Positions 25,678-35,704 of a DNA stretch of 38,148 nucleotides are shown here, one piece after another. The DNA is from a bacterium (GTDB lineage: Bacteria; Patescibacteriota; UBA1384; CAJBMM01). The notes under the pieces are model-generated. The model worked only from the letters and a program-made list of their open reading frames with translations. It searched no databases and was not told the origin of the DNA. Both the position numbers and the translations under genes were made by a program. Every line of letters starts with the position of its first letter. Position 1 is the stretch's first letter. The DNA is taken from NCBI GenBank assembly GCA_027364665.1, contig DAHXOW010000044.1:1-38148 (forward strand). Reading direction: 5' to 3'.

Positions 25678-26319
25678 TCAAAAGGGTGCCGTCACTTTTA
25701 CGGGAGACCAAACACCTTTCGGGCCTTTTTCCAGCGGTTGATCCAAATAGACTGTATATAAAATACCGTTATGTGTTACTTCAACGACAGCAGTTCCGTT
25801 GTTATAATCAATTGACTTTTGAACATACAAATCACCGGCGGCGAATTGAAATTGAGCTAGCAGTGGAGACATTTCTACTACTTCAGTCGGAACCAATCGG
25901 TAGGCAAGCTGACCGGTTCCGGCATCCGCATAACTCTGAGCTTCCTGTAGAACTTGTTTTTCCTCATCGTCTGGGGTAATTATGTAGGTTTTGGCTTGAA
26001 TCGTAAAAGCTTCGTTTTTATCAGGAATTTTTAAAATTTGGCCGGCTTCCAGATTAGCGTTGTCCGATAAGCCATTGAATTTGGCAATGGTGTCCCAAGG
26101 TATATAAAAGTGTTGGCCAATAGTATACAAACTGTCGCCTGTCTGGACAGTGTATAAACTATAAGTCGGACTGGCTGCTTTGTTAGAAACAGTTGTTATG
26201 ACGGTATTTTTTTTGGTGACGGGTTGTTTTTTGGCTGGCTGGTGATTTTTATAAAGCAGGTACACTAAAATTGCCGCAACAATAATTGCCGAAATTAATA
26301 AAATGCGATGACTCTTCAC
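25678..26319 (-). CDS. Membrane-anchored LysM-domain protein
   Basis: N-terminal TM (ILLISAIIVAAILVYLLY), K/T-rich linker, LysM YTVQTGDSLYTIGQHF...IAKFNGL...LEAGQILKIP, and an unassigned C-terminal domain. Confidence 0.9.
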   Translation of the reverse strand: MKSHRILLISAIIVAAILVYLLYKNHQPAKKQPVTKKNTVITTVSNKAASPTYSLYTVQTGDSLYTIGQHFYIPWDTIAKFNGLSDNANLEAGQILKIPDKNEAFTIQAKTYIITPDDEEKQVLQEAQSYADAGTGQLAYRLVPTEVVEMSPLLAQFQFAAGDLYVQKSIDYNNGTAVVEVTHNGILYTVYLDQPLEKGPKGVWSPVKVTAPF

Positions 26320-26325
26320 GCCAAA

Positions 26326-26334
26326 ATTATATCA
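26326..26334 (-). promoter_or_regulatory. Consensus extended -10, candidate leaderless start of the LysM gene
   Basis: TG-A-TATAAT exactly 6 nt upstream of GTG 26319, inside the 20-nt gap after secY. Confidence 0.7.
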
Positions 26335-26339
26335 AAGAT

Positions 26340-27641
26340 TTAATATTTATCGTAACTACTCATAACTAGTTGAGCATCAATTTGCATCATTGTCTCAATA
26401 ATTACTGCCACGACAATTAAAATCCCGGTTCCTCCCAAAACAAGGCTTTGGTCTCCGGTCCATAATGGGACGATCACCGGCAAAATAGCTACTAAGCCTA
26501 AGAAAATTGAACCTATAAAAGTAATTCTGGATACTACAGATCCGATATATTTAGCAGTTTCCTGCCCTGGTCTTATTCCTGGGATAAATCCGCTTTGTTT
26601 TTGCAAATTCTCGGCAATCTGAGTCGGGTTCAAAATAATTGCCGTGTAAAAATAGGTGAAGAAAATAGTTAGAATAAAATAACTAATACCATAAACCAAA
26701 GCATTTGTTTGAGAGGAAAATGTATTGGCTAACCAGGTCGCAGAAACGGCTAACCAATGCGTCTTGACGTTTTCCAAAAATCTTCCGAGTAATTGTGGCA
26801 CCATTAGAACAGAAATTGCGAAGATAATCGGTATCACGCCGGCAGTAGTAACTTTGATTGGCAAATATGTGCTTTGGCTGTCTTGCGTAGTTAGCCCCGT
26901 CGATCTTCTGGCATAAATGACCGGTATTTTCCTGATGGCATCGTTCATGGCAACAATGATCACAATTAATATAATGGCCGCTAAAACGAAAGCTAGAGTT
27001 GAGTATAATTGTTGAAAATCAATTGATCCGCCAGTAAAGATCAGAGTATATTTCTGAATCACGGTTGTTGGGATACTGGCTAAAATGCCAAAAGTGATTA
27101 TTAACGAAACTCCATTACCTATTCCGTTTTCTGAAATTATTTCTCCGATCCAAAGCATTAGCATTGTTCCGGCTGTTGCTGTTGCCAACATGGAAACCAA
27201 TTGCGGAGTTGTCCACGAGGCGATGATGCCCTGATTTTTTAACAACAGAAACATCGCGTAAGCTTGTATAACAGCCAGTGGAGCGGTTAGATAGCGCATG
27301 TATTGATTGACTTTTTGCTGTCCATAATCACCCTCTTTAGACAATGCGTCTAAGGAAGGAATAACCGTACCGAGTAATTGAATGATGATTGTTGCAGTAA
27401 TGTAAGGTCCGACTGACATCAAGACAATAGAAAATTGTGCCAGTGAACCGCCCGAGAAAATATTTAGCAAGCCAAAAGCTTGATTCTGCGGATTACTAAA
27501 GAAGTTTTGTAGGCTCGTTTGGGTAACTGCAGACAAAGGAATATGGACCAAAATACGAGTCACTAACAAAAGAACTGTTGTAACAATCAGTCGCTGACGA
27601 AGTTCACTTTTGATAAGTAATTTTTGCCAGAATGATAACAC
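26340..27641 (-). CDS. secY: Preprotein translocase subunit SecY
   Basis: FSGGSL, GPYITATIIIQLL, GIGNGVSLII, AGVIPIIFA, FIPGIRPG, GGTGILIVV. Confidence 0.98.
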   Translation of the reverse strand: MLSFWQKLLIKSELRQRLIVTTVLLLVTRILVHIPLSAVTQTSLQNFFSNPQNQAFGLLNIFSGGSLAQFSIVLMSVGPYITATIIIQLLGTVIPSLDALSKEGDYGQQKVNQYMRYLTAPLAVIQAYAMFLLLKNQGIIASWTTPQLVSMLATATAGTMLMLWIGEIISENGIGNGVSLIITFGILASIPTTVIQKYTLIFTGGSIDFQQLYSTLAFVLAAIILIVIIVAMNDAIRKIPVIYARRSTGLTTQDSQSTYLPIKVTTAGVIPIIFAISVLMVPQLLGRFLENVKTHWLAVSATWLANTFSSQTNALVYGISYFILTIFFTYFYTAIILNPTQIAENLQKQSGFIPGIRPGQETAKYIGSVVSRITFIGSIFLGLVAILPVIVPLWTGDQSLVLGGTGILIVVAVIIETMMQIDAQLVMSSYDKY

Positions 27642-27645
27642 TTTA

Positions 27646-28044
27646 TTAAATATTCTTTAGTTTGTGACTGGTTAATAAATCATCTGCTAAATTAAATTTG
27701 GCGGTCATCTGAGTAGCGCCGATAATCTTAACCGGACGATCGATTCGTTCGATTAGTTTTTTATCCCAGAGCAATTCTTTAGTAATGGTTGTATTTTCTT
27801 CAAAAATATCTTGTAGTTGCTTCCAGCTAACAGTTTGCGGTTTATGAATTCGGCTAACCGTACCGTGAATCTTAGGCAGTCGTTGCATTAATGGAGTCTG
27901 TCCACCCTCGAATCTTTTTGGAATACGATAGCCTGCTCTCGATTTCTGGCCTTTTGTTCCCCGACCGGCGGTTTTTCCACCACCAGCAGAGATGCCGCGC
28001 CCTAAACGTTGTTTTTTAATAGTATGAATTCCAACCTGGTTCAA
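27646..28044 (-). CDS. rplO: 50S ribosomal protein uL15
   Basis: [41 protein letters not shown] start overlaps the rpsE stop. Confidence 0.96.
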   Translation of the reverse strand: MNQVGIHTIKKQRLGRGISAGGGKTAGRGTKGQKSRAGYRIPKRFEGGQTPLMQRLPKIHGTVSRIHKPQTVSWKQLQDIFEENTTITKELLWDKKLIERIDRPVKIIGATQMTAKFNLADDLLTSHKLKNI

Positions 28045-28496
28045 CTGGTTCCTTTCTTCTGATGAAATTTTTGCAAAGCCAGAACGGTAGCCGCAACAAT
28101 GTTAACGGAGTTGCTTGACCCGAGTGATTTGCTCAAAATATTTTTAATACCAGCTAATTCGACCACTGCTCTGACTGCGCCTCCGGCGATAACAGAGGTA
28201 CCTTTCCCTGCTGGCATTAAAATTACTTTGGCTCCAGCGTGTTTCGCTTCAACTTCATGAGGAATTGTTTCATTTATGATCGGTATTTCGATTAATTGTT
28301 TTTTAGCTGTGCTGACAGCTTTTGTGGTGGCTGACATAACGTCACCTGCCTTACCGAGGCCATAACCCACCCTGCCTTTTTTGTCACCGATAACAACCAA
28401 GACCCTCGAGCGCATTCTTCGTCCGCCTTTTACCACTCTTGAAACACGGTCAACGCTGACAACTTTCTCCTCAAATTCCTTATTTGGTTTATCCAT
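28041..28496 (-). CDS. rpsE: 30S ribosomal protein uS5
   Basis: [32 protein letters not shown]. Confidence 0.98.
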   Translation of the reverse strand: MDKPNKEFEEKVVSVDRVSRVVKGGRRMRSRVLVVIGDKKGRVGYGLGKAGDVMSATTKAVSTAKKQLIEIPIINETIPHEVEAKHAGAKVILMPAGKGTSVIAGGAVRAVVELAGIKNILSKSLGSSNSVNIVAATVLALQKFHQKKGTS

Positions 28497-28511
28497 TTTT
28501 TCTCCGTCGAT

Positions 28512-28805
28512 TTAAAACTTAAGGCCTTTTAATCTGGCCCCTTCAGCTAAAGCCTTGATTCGTCCGTGATAACGAAAGTGGCCACGATCAAATTTAATTG
28601 CCTCTTCCTTTAGTTTTCCTGCTGACTCGGCAATAAGTTGGCCAACCCGATTGGCTTTTTCGGTTTTATTAATTTTTTCGGTAATTTTTCTATCATCTGC
28701 GGCTGCCAATGTGTGTCCTTTTGCATCGTCGATCAACTGAGCATAAATATGCTTGCTTGAACGAAATACCGATAATCTAAGTCTTTGTGTCTTACCTTTG
28801 ATCAT
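28512..28805 (-). CDS. rplR: 50S ribosomal protein uL18 (N-terminally short)
   Basis: RLSVFRSSKHIYAQLIDD, FDRGHFRYHGRIKALAEGAR. Confidence 0.96.
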   Translation of the reverse strand: MIKGKTQRLRLSVFRSSKHIYAQLIDDAKGHTLAAADDRKITEKINKTEKANRVGQLIAESAGKLKEEAIKFDRGHFRYHGRIKALAEGARLKGLKF

Positions 28806-28806
28806 T

Positions 28807-29343
28807 TTATGCCTTTGTTGCTTTTCCTGCTTTTCTTAATACGATTTCACCAACGTAACGTATCCCTTTACCTTTGTAGGGTTCCGGTTTCTTTAAGGCT
28901 CTTATTTGGGCTGCGGCTTCACCGACTCTGGCTTTATCGATGCCACTTATTGAAATTATGTTTTTTTCAACTTTAAAATGTATTTGGTCTGGTTGTTTAA
29001 TTTTAATCGGATGCGAAAAACCCAAATTTAAAATTAATTCATCACCTTGTATTGCGGCTCGGTAACCAACGCCCTGTATTTCCAATTGGACGTTATATCC
29101 TTTAGTAACGCCTGTGATCATATTGGCAATCAAGGTACGCATTAAGCCGTGTTGTGCTCTGGAAAAGTCGCTGTCATCTTTTCGATTAACCAAAAGCAGA
29201 TTGTTCTTTGTCTCAAATGTAATTTCCTCAGGTAATTTTTGCTGCAGCTGGCCGTTTGGTCCATGAACCGAACAAATCAGGCCATTTTTCTCAATCGTTA
29301 CCTGATCAGGTATAATTATTGGTTGTTTTCCGATGCGGGACAT
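28807..29343 (-). CDS. rplF: 50S ribosomal protein uL6
   Basis: MSRIGKQPI, GVGYRA, PEPYKGKGIRY. Confidence 0.98.
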   Translation of the reverse strand: MSRIGKQPIIIPDQVTIEKNGLICSVHGPNGQLQQKLPEEITFETKNNLLLVNRKDDSDFSRAQHGLMRTLIANMITGVTKGYNVQLEIQGVGYRAAIQGDELILNLGFSHPIKIKQPDQIHFKVEKNIISISGIDKARVGEAAAQIRALKKPEPYKGKGIRYVGEIVLRKAGKATKA

Positions 29344-29351
29344 ATTTACTC

Positions 29352-29762
29352 CTACCAGACTTCACAGATTACTTCGCCGCCCATATGCTTAGAAAAAGCT
29401 TCTTTCCCGGTAACCAAGCCGGACGAAGTCGAAATAATAACTGTTCCGTTGCCACGAAGTGGTCTGGGAATTCTTTGATGGTCTACATAGACTCGTCGGC
29501 CCGGCTTACTGATGCGCTTAATCGAATGTACGGCAGGCTCAGTAGTATTATTGGTCTTCCCGGTAAACTTTAAGGTAAGTATTAATCTGGCAACTGGCTT
29601 AGCAGTTTTATCGATTTGGACAGATTCTAAAAAACCCTCTTTTTTAAGAATATCGGCTATTGCCAACTTTAATTTCGAATACGTTACATTAACCGTTTCT
29701 TTTCTGTTGCTGGCAGCATTTCGGATTATCGTTAAAAAATTTGCGACTGGATCAGTAATCAT
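29352..29762 (-). CDS. rpsH: 30S ribosomal protein uS8
   Basis: MITDPVANFLTIIRNA, RISKPGRRVY, GGEVICEVW; start moved to ATG 29762, behind a GGAG SD. Confidence 0.97.
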   Translation of the reverse strand: MITDPVANFLTIIRNAASNRKETVNVTYSKLKLAIADILKKEGFLESVQIDKTAKPVARLILTLKFTGKTNNTTEPAVHSIKRISKPGRRVYVDHQRIPRPLRGNGTVIISTSSGLVTGKEAFSKHMGGEVICEVW

Positions 29763-29770
29763 TATTTCTC

Positions 29771-29956
29771 CTACCAACTTGACTTAGTAATACCTGGTAA
29801 TTGGCCGTTGGAAGCCAATTCGCGGAAGCAAATACGGCACAATTCAAAATCTCGCATAACCGCCCGTGGCCGACCACAAACCCGGCAACGGCGAATGATC
29901 CGGGTTGAAAATTTGGGAGGACGACTTGCTTTAACGATCATCGAACGTCTGGCCAT
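29771..29956 (-). CDS. rpsN: 30S ribosomal protein uS14, zinc-binding type Z
   Basis: 61 aa, RCRVCGRPR...LCRICFRE...KSSW. Confidence 0.97.
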   Translation of the reverse strand: MARRSMIVKASRPPKFSTRIIRRCRVCGRPRAVMRDFELCRICFRELASNGQLPGITKSSW

Positions 29957-30508
29957 TTATGCTCCTTCCTGATTTTTCGTAAAAGGAAAACCGAGTTTTT
30001 CAAGTAACGCCATACCTTCAGAATTTGATTTGGCGCTGGTCTGGATACTTATTTCTAGACCATGTATTGTTTTGATTGACTCATATGAAATCTCATTAAA
30101 ATATGATTGTTCTCTAAATGCCAGGGTATAATTTCCATGGCCGTCAAATGAGCGTCTTGATAATCCTCTAAAATCGCGAACCCGGGGAATTGTAATACTG
30201 ATTAATTTTTCCAAAAAATCGTACATTTTTTCGCCTCTAAGCGTCACCATAGCACCGACTATTTGGTTTTGACGTATTTTAAAGGCGGCAATAGCTTTTT
30301 TGGCTTTTGTTAATACGGGTTTTTGTCCAGAGATTAAGCTCAAGTTTTTAACAATCTCGTCTTTTGTTTGAGCATTGTTCATCTCGCCCCTTCCGACGTT
30401 TATAACAACTTTGATCAATCCCGGAATTAATTCTCGATTCGGGTAAGAAAACTCTTTCTGCAATTCTGGGACAACTTCCTTTTGATATTTTTCTTTTAAA
30501 CTATTCAT
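29957..30508 (-). CDS. rplE: 50S ribosomal protein uL5
   Basis: Start placed at ATG 30508 (MNSLKEKY); ISGQKP, VTLRG, PRVRDFRG, FDGHGNY. Confidence 0.97.
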   Translation of the reverse strand: MNSLKEKYQKEVVPELQKEFSYPNRELIPGLIKVVINVGRGEMNNAQTKDEIVKNLSLISGQKPVLTKAKKAIAAFKIRQNQIVGAMVTLRGEKMYDFLEKLISITIPRVRDFRGLSRRSFDGHGNYTLAFREQSYFNEISYESIKTIHGLEISIQTSAKSNSEGMALLEKLGFPFTKNQEGA

Positions 30509-30512
30509 AATT

Positions 30513-30830
30513 TTAATCCAAGATTTCTTTACATTGCCGACATATTCTAACACGTTTACCGTCATCGAGCAATCTGTGGCCGACTCGCGCTCTGCGACCA
30601 CAATGTGGGCAGACGATCGCTAAATTGGAAATATTAATCGGGCGTTCAACTTCTTGTATTCCACCCTGAGGTAAATTATTGCTTGGTCTTAAATGACGTT
30701 TAACCAGATTTAATTTTTCAACTAAAACAAGGCGTTCTTTCGGAAAGACTCTGGTTACTTTTCCTTTTTTCCCTTTGTCTTTGCCTGTTAAGACATAAAC
30801 ATTATCGTCTTTATGAATTTTAACATTCAT
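30513..30830 (-). CDS. rplX: 50S ribosomal protein uL24
   Basis: KOW motif VLTGKDKGKKGKV, GGIQEVERPINISN; carries CPHC/CRQC. Confidence 0.97.
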   Translation of the reverse strand: MNVKIHKDDNVYVLTGKDKGKKGKVTRVFPKERLVLVEKLNLVKRHLRPSNNLPQGGIQEVERPINISNLAIVCPHCGRRARVGHRLLDDGKRVRICRQCKEILD

Positions 30831-30831
30831 T

Positions 30832-31206
30832 TTATAAAACCTCCGGTGCCAGGGATATTATTTTCATAAACCCGTCTCGCAATTCTCTTGGTATTGGCCC
30901 AAAGATTCTGGTGCCCTTTGGAACCCAGCCGGTTTTTTCCTTGTTAATTATAACCGCTGCATTTTGGTCAAAGCGGATGTAGCTGCCGTCGGCCCGGCGG
31001 AATGGCTTTGTTTGCCGAACTATTACTGCTCGTACGACTTGTTTTCGCTTAACAGAACCGTTCGGGGTTGCTAATTTTACCGAAGCGGTAACAATGTCTC
31101 CGATTTGGGCTCCGCGGCTTGAAGTGTTTCCGAGAATCGTAATTACTCCCAACTCTTTAGCGCCGGTGTTGTCTGCGACGATTAATTTTGTTTCAGGTTG
31201 AATCAT
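30832..31206 (-). CDS. rplN: 50S ribosomal protein uL14
   Basis: [32 protein letters not shown]. Confidence 0.98.
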   Translation of the reverse strand: MIQPETKLIVADNTGAKELGVITILGNTSSRGAQIGDIVTASVKLATPNGSVKRKQVVRAVIVRQTKPFRRADGSYIRFDQNAAVIINKEKTGWVPKGTRIFGPIPRELRDGFMKIISLAPEVL

Positions 31207-31448
31207 TGCTTCTTTTCCTTAATCGTTTTGATTGTCCAGGCTTTCTTTTTAGAAACCGGTTTGCTCTCGATAATCTCAACAATGTCTCCGGTTTTTACCT
31301 CAAATCCTTTACTATTGACTAATAAATGATTGGTTCGACTGAAACGCTTATGATATTTCGAATGGATTATTTTGTCTTTGATAACAACACGGACTGTTTC
31401 CTGTCCGCTGATTCTGTCCACTTCTACAATTTGACTTGTTGTATTCAT
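31203..31448 (-). CDS. rpsQ: 30S ribosomal protein uS17 (divergent)
   Basis: [26 protein letters not shown]; canonical position between rpmC and rplN. Confidence 0.92.
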   Translation of the reverse strand: MNTTSQIVEVDRISGQETVRVVIKDKIIHSKYHKRFSRTNHLLVNSKGFEVKTGDIVEIIESKPVSKKKAWTIKTIKEKKQ

Positions 31449-31648
31449 GGTCTCACCTCGTGATTAACGGTTTCCAACCTGGCAATTTTTTTTCTTAATT
31501 CTTTGACCTGATTAGTTTTTTTATCTTTTTGCAGTGATATGGAAACCTTTAGTCTGACCAGATCGTCCTTCATTTTCATGATTTCCTTGCTAATCTGCCC
31601 GTGATTACTGTTTCTCCACTGTTGTAAAAATTCCTGATTCTTTTTCAT
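31445..31648 (-). CDS. rpmC: 50S ribosomal protein uL29
   Basis: VKELRKKIARLET; canonical position. Confidence 0.9.
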   Translation of the reverse strand: MKKNQEFLQQWRNSNHGQISKEIMKMKDDLVRLKVSISLQKDKKTNQVKELRKKIARLETVNHEVRP

Positions 31649-31650
31649 CT

Positions 31651-32067
31651 TTACTCTACCTCGTCCTTTATGACGAACTTACTAGCCATAGGCAATTTAT
31701 GCTGGGCAAGCCTCATTGCTTCCTTAGCGACTGATTCGTCTACTCCATCCATTTCAAACAAAACGGTTCCTGGTTTTACGACAACCGCAAAATGGTCAAG
31801 GCTGCCTTTTCCTCCGCCCATTGTTTTTTCGTTGCCGCCTTTTGTAATTGGTTTGTCTGGGAATATTCTGATAAAAACTTTTCCTCCGCGGCGGATATAT
31901 CTAGTCATTGCTCGTCGTGCCGCCTCAATCTGTCTGGAGGTTAACATGCCTCGGTCAACGGCTTTAATTGCAAAAGTTCCAAAATCAACCGATAATCCTC
32001 TGGTTGCTACGCCAGCCATTTTTCCGCGTTGTACCTTACGATGTTTAACTTTCTTCGGCAGTAGCAT
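31651..32067 (-). CDS. rplP: 50S ribosomal protein uL16
   Basis: [37 protein letters not shown]. Confidence 0.98.
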   Translation of the reverse strand: MLLPKKVKHRKVQRGKMAGVATRGLSVDFGTFAIKAVDRGMLTSRQIEAARRAMTRYIRRGGKVFIRIFPDKPITKGGNEKTMGGGKGSLDHFAVVVKPGTVLFEMDGVDESVAKEAMRLAQHKLPMASKFVIKDEVE

Positions 32068-32686
32068 CTGTTTCTCCTAAATATATCCAAACTTTTATAC
32101 CAATAACTCCATAAGTTGTCATGGCGCGTTCTTGAGCGTAATCAATATTGCTTCGCAGAGTGGATAAAGTGGCGCTTCCTTGCGCCATTTTTTCTACTCT
32201 GGCAATCTCAGCGCCGTTTAAGCGCCCTGCAACGTTTATTTTTATCCCTTTGACACCGGCGGCCATTGCTTTTTCAATTGCCTGGCGCATTGCTCTGCGA
32301 TATGAAACCCGTCGTTCAATTTGTGAGGCAATATTTTGAGCCACTAACGTCGCGCGGGCATCGGCTTTTTTTATTTCTTCGATATTTAATCTAATTCGAG
32401 ATCCGGCAATTTTTTCCAACTCGTTTTTTAAATCAGTGACCCCTGATCCGCTTCGTCCGATTATCAAGCCCGGTTTGGCTGTCTTGATTGTTATGTTGAT
32501 TTCATTGGTTCCGCGAGCTATCAAAATAGCGGCGACGCCAGCGTTCTTATATCTGGCAGTAATCATTTTTCGGATTGCTAAATCATTATGCAATAACTTG
32601 GCATAATTATGTTGGCTGAACCATTTAGATTGCCAGTCCAGATTTAAGGGCAAGCGAAAACTGATTGGATTAATTTTACGCCCCAT
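32045..32686 (-). CDS. rpsC: 30S ribosomal protein uS3
   Basis: [43 protein letters not shown]. Confidence 0.98.
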   Translation of the reverse strand: MGRKINPISFRLPLNLDWQSKWFSQHNYAKLLHNDLAIRKMITARYKNAGVAAILIARGTNEINITIKTAKPGLIIGRSGSGVTDLKNELEKIAGSRIRLNIEEIKKADARATLVAQNIASQIERRVSYRRAMRQAIEKAMAAGVKGIKINVAGRLNGAEIARVEKMAQGSATLSTLRSNIDYAQERAMTTYGVIGIKVWIYLGETDATAEES

Positions 32687-33026
32687 GTTGCTTCTCCTTC
32701 TGATCGGTTAGGCTGATGTATAAATGCGACCAATGTTTATTAATCGGTTTACTCGAACCATGAGCGGCAAGAATACGTCTTTTTAATTTCTGTCCCTCGT
32801 TACAGTAAGCACGGCTTATGGCTAAATTATCTTCCTCAATGCCCTTTTCTTTTGCAGAGGCGATGGCCGATTTTAAAGTCTTCAAAACATCTCGGGCGCC
32901 TTGTCTGGGGACGTATTCCAATTCATTCTTCGCTCTGGTGACTGACAGTCCGTGAATTGCCGCCAAAACCAGACGAATCTTGCGCGGTGCAGTTCTAATG
33001 TTCTTACTTTTAGCGGTAACAATCAT
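32676..33026 (-). CDS. rplV: 50S ribosomal protein uL22
   Basis: [22 protein letters not shown]...SHL; canonical position. Confidence 0.95.
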   Translation of the reverse strand: MIVTAKSKNIRTAPRKIRLVLAAIHGLSVTRAKNELEYVPRQGARDVLKTLKSAIASAKEKGIEEDNLAISRAYCNEGQKLKRRILAAHGSSKPINKHWSHLYISLTDQKEKQHGA

Positions 33027-33307
33027 TTCTTCTTTTCCATTTCAGCGGCTTTCTTTCCGCCGTGTTTTTTGAATTTACGCGTCGGAGCAAATTCGCCTAA
33101 TTTGTGACCAATCATATCTTCAACGATATATACCGGGACATGAATTTTCCCATTGTGTACTGAAATGGTTAACCCGACCATCTCCGGGAAAATCGTAGAT
33201 GACCTGCTCCAAGTTCGGATATTGGCTTTTTCTCCTGGTTTTACAGCTTGAACTCTGGCTAACAACTTGGCTTCGATGTATGGACCTTTTTTAAGTGATC
33301 TGCTCAT
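33023..33307 (-). CDS. rpsS: 30S ribosomal protein uS19
   Basis: [31 protein letters not shown]. Confidence 0.98.
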   Translation of the reverse strand: MSRSLKKGPYIEAKLLARVQAVKPGEKANIRTWSRSSTIFPEMVGLTISVHNGKIHVPVYIVEDMIGHKLGEFAPTRKFKKHGGKKAAEMEKKK

Positions 33308-33318
33308 GATATTGACCT

Positions 33319-34155
33319 TTATTTCTTTTCTCTTCTATGAACAATCATCCGGCTGTTTTTATGGCGATCTCTGGTTCTTCTGCCCAAAGCGGGTGATCCC
33401 CAAGGAGTTTTAGGATATTTAAGTCCGATCGAATTTACTGCCTCTCCTCCGCCATGCGGATGGGTGTTCGGGTTCATTGCTTTACCTCTGACCGTCGGTC
33501 TTATTCCTAGCCAACGCTTTCGACCAGCCTTTCCGATGACAACTGTTTCATGGCTTTCATTCGAGACTTCGCCGATGCAGGCCATGCAACGGTCGTCAAA
33601 CCGGCGCAATTCTCCGCTCGGTAGTTTTACCAAGACCCGATTTTCCTCATGAGCCATTATTGTAGCAGATAAACCGGCGCTTCGCACGACCGCCGCTCCA
33701 TTACCGGGTGTTAATTCAATGTTGTGGATAGGAACACCTGTCGGAACGTGTTTCATTTGTAGGCATGAACCGGCGCTTATCTTAGTTTTCTGTCCGCTGC
33801 TGACCTGATCACCCTTTTTTAATCCTTTAGGGGCAATAATGTATGATTTTTCTTTTCGGTCATTTTCAATCAGGGCGATGAATGCGCTGCGATTCGGGTC
33901 ATATTCAATTGATTTTACCTCAGCATTACCGTCGACCTTACGTTCGAAATCGATCAGGCGATACATTCTTTTATGACCGCCTCCGCGATGACGGACCGTA
34001 ATTTTACCTTGATTATTTCTGCCACCGTTTTTGGTTAAAGGTTTGAGCAAGCTTTTTTCCGGTTTTTGACGGTCTAGTTCTGAAAAGTCTTGCGAGACCA
34101 AAAATCTTCTGCCCGGACTGGTTGGTTTATTGATTTTATTTTTCATCTTGTTCAC
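33319..34155 (-). CDS. rplB: 50S ribosomal protein uL2
   Basis: [42 protein letters not shown]; the start could instead be ATG 34146. Confidence 0.98.
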   Translation of the reverse strand: MNKMKNKINKPTSPGRRFLVSQDFSELDRQKPEKSLLKPLTKNGGRNNQGKITVRHRGGGHKRMYRLIDFERKVDGNAEVKSIEYDPNRSAFIALIENDRKEKSYIIAPKGLKKGDQVSSGQKTKISAGSCLQMKHVPTGVPIHNIELTPGNGAAVVRSAGLSATIMAHEENRVLVKLPSGELRRFDDRCMACIGEVSNESHETVVIGKAGRKRWLGIRPTVRGKAMNPNTHPHGGGEAVNSIGLKYPKTPWGSPALGRRTRDRHKNSRMIVHRREKK

Positions 34156-34426
34156 CCAAATTAAACTCGGCGATTTTCTGATTGTCTTTCAGACGGACGA
34201 TCGCTTTATGGATTGCTGATCTTTTTCCAACGAATCTGCCTCGTGTTTTTACTTTCCCTGGAATATGCTGCAGATGAACGTCAATCGGATCAACTTTATA
34301 CAATCTGTGCACTTCAACTGCTACTTTCCCCTTGCTTGTTCCTGGACGTACTCGAAAAGTATATTGGCCTTTGGCTGCCAATGACAAACTTTTTTCGGTG
34401 ACTTGAGCTTTAATAATATTATTCAT
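34136..34426 (-). CDS. rplW: 50S ribosomal protein uL23
   Basis: VTEKS, YTFRV, KAIVRL. Confidence 0.95.
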   Translation of the reverse strand: MNNIIKAQVTEKSLSLAAKGQYTFRVRPGTSKGKVAVEVHRLYKVDPIDVHLQHIPGKVKTRGRFVGKRSAIHKAIVRLKDNQKIAEFNLGEQDEK

Positions 34427-35126
34427 TATCTTTTACGGTCTTTTCTGGTGTTTTGTTAGCGTTGCTTTTTTTCTTTATAATCTCATCAGATTTTTTGGTA
34501 ATTTCTTTTACGGTACCTTCTTTAAATAAACCAACAAATGCTTTTCGATTGAAGATTAAATGATCCTCACCGAAAATAATCCCAGCATGGAATTTATTCA
34601 AAGAAACCAAACGGACATTGGCTAGGTTGCGGGTTGAGGTTTTTGTATCGGTGTCATTTTCGTCAACGATTAGACTTACGGGATAATGATCAAGCCTCAA
34701 CGCAGCTAAAAACTCAAGGCCTGATTTTGTTTTTTTGTTAAACGCAAATTGATCGACGACCGTAACTTTTCCTGATTTTAATTTTTCCATCAACATACCA
34801 TATGTGGCTGATTTTCTCATTTTCTTCGGTAAAGAAGTGGCAAAATTATCTGTGTTCCTTGGCCCAAAAGTCACTCCCCCGCCTCTCCATATCGGAGATC
34901 TTCTCGATCCGGCTCTGGCTCTCCCGGTACCCTTTTGCCTCCACGGTTTTATACCACTACCGGTAACTTCTCCGCGATCCTTTGTATGAGCAACGGAGGT
35001 TCTGGCGTTGTTTTGCAGGAAATACAAGATCGCCGAAGAATGACTTGGGTTAATCTCCGTTTCGATTCCGGCTATTTCTAACTCAGATGTCTGTTTGCCT
35101 AAATTGTCAACGACTTTGATTTTCAT
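34419..35126 (-). CDS. rplD: 50S ribosomal protein uL4 with a Lys-rich C-terminal extension
   Basis: TKDRGEVTGSGIKPWRQKGTGRARAGS, WRGGGVTFGP. Confidence 0.97.
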   Translation of the reverse strand: MKIKVVDNLGKQTSELEIAGIETEINPSHSSAILYFLQNNARTSVAHTKDRGEVTGSGIKPWRQKGTGRARAGSRRSPIWRGGGVTFGPRNTDNFATSLPKKMRKSATYGMLMEKLKSGKVTVVDQFAFNKKTKSGLEFLAALRLDHYPVSLIVDENDTDTKTSTRNLANVRLVSLNKFHAGIIFGEDHLIFNRKAFVGLFKEGTVKEITKKSDEIIKKKSNANKTPEKTVKDNE

Positions 35127-35704
35127 TGGCTTATTCCGGATATTCTAATAATATTCCCTTTTGCTCCGGGTATTGCTCCTTTGATTACAAGCAGGTTTAA
35201 TTTTTTGTTACTGTCAACTAATTCAAGATTCTTGACTGTAACCTGGCTAGCGCCCAGATGTCCGGGAAGTTTACGTCCTTTTAAAGTATGTTGAGGAAAC
35301 ATCGAACCGACCGATCCGGGGCGACGATGATGGTCGGAGCCGTGGGTTTCTGGTCCGCGGTGATGATTGTGTCGCTTAATTACCCCGGCAAATCCCTTTC
35401 CTTTACCAGTGCCGGTCACTTTGATCTTTTTGACTGCCTCAAAATCCTCAACGGTAATCGATTGACCGACTTTTTTTGTTTCTTGATCAATCGTAGTTTT
35501 GAATTCCGCTAAGTGTCGAAAATGACTGTGTCCTGCTTCTGGTTTGTTTAATTTATGGGTTTCATCAAAACCGATCTGAACATTATTTCCGCGGATGGCT
35601 GTTATGGTACATGGACCAGCTTGAACCACTGTCACCGGAATTACTCCTTTGTCAGTATGGATTTGAGTCATTTCTAATTTTTTACCCAATATAAACCGTT
35701 CCAC
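35123..35704 (-). CDS. rplC: 50S ribosomal protein uL3
   Basis: ILGKKLEMTQI, KGKGFAGVIKRH, HRRPGSVG, KGAIPG; start placed at GTG 35704, which has AGGAG 5 nt upstream. Confidence 0.97.
   Translation of the reverse strand: MERFILGKKLEMTQIHTDKGVIPVTVVQAGPCTITAIRGNNVQIGFDETHKLNKPEAGHSHFRHLAEFKTTIDQETKKVGQSITVEDFEAVKKIKVTGTGKGKGFAGVIKRHNHHRGPETHGSDHHRRPGSVGSMFPQHTLKGRKLPGHLGASQVTVKNLELVDSNKKLNLLVIKGAIPGAKGNIIRISGISQ

Noticed and set aside
30509..30601. 31-aa N-terminal extension of uL5
   Set aside because: An alternative-frame read of the rplX 3' end; uL5 homology starts at 30508.
31670..32080. 136-aa plus-strand ORF opposite rplP
   Set aside because: Antisense shadow of a conserved gene; the same applies to the many other short antisense or off-frame ORFs in the track.
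28041..35126. UGA-to-Gly recoding (code 25, Gracilibacteria/Absconditabacteria)
   Set aside because: TGA ends rpsE, rpsQ, rpmC, rpsS and rplC at their expected lengths in start-stop overlaps, and no conserved gene is interrupted by TGA.
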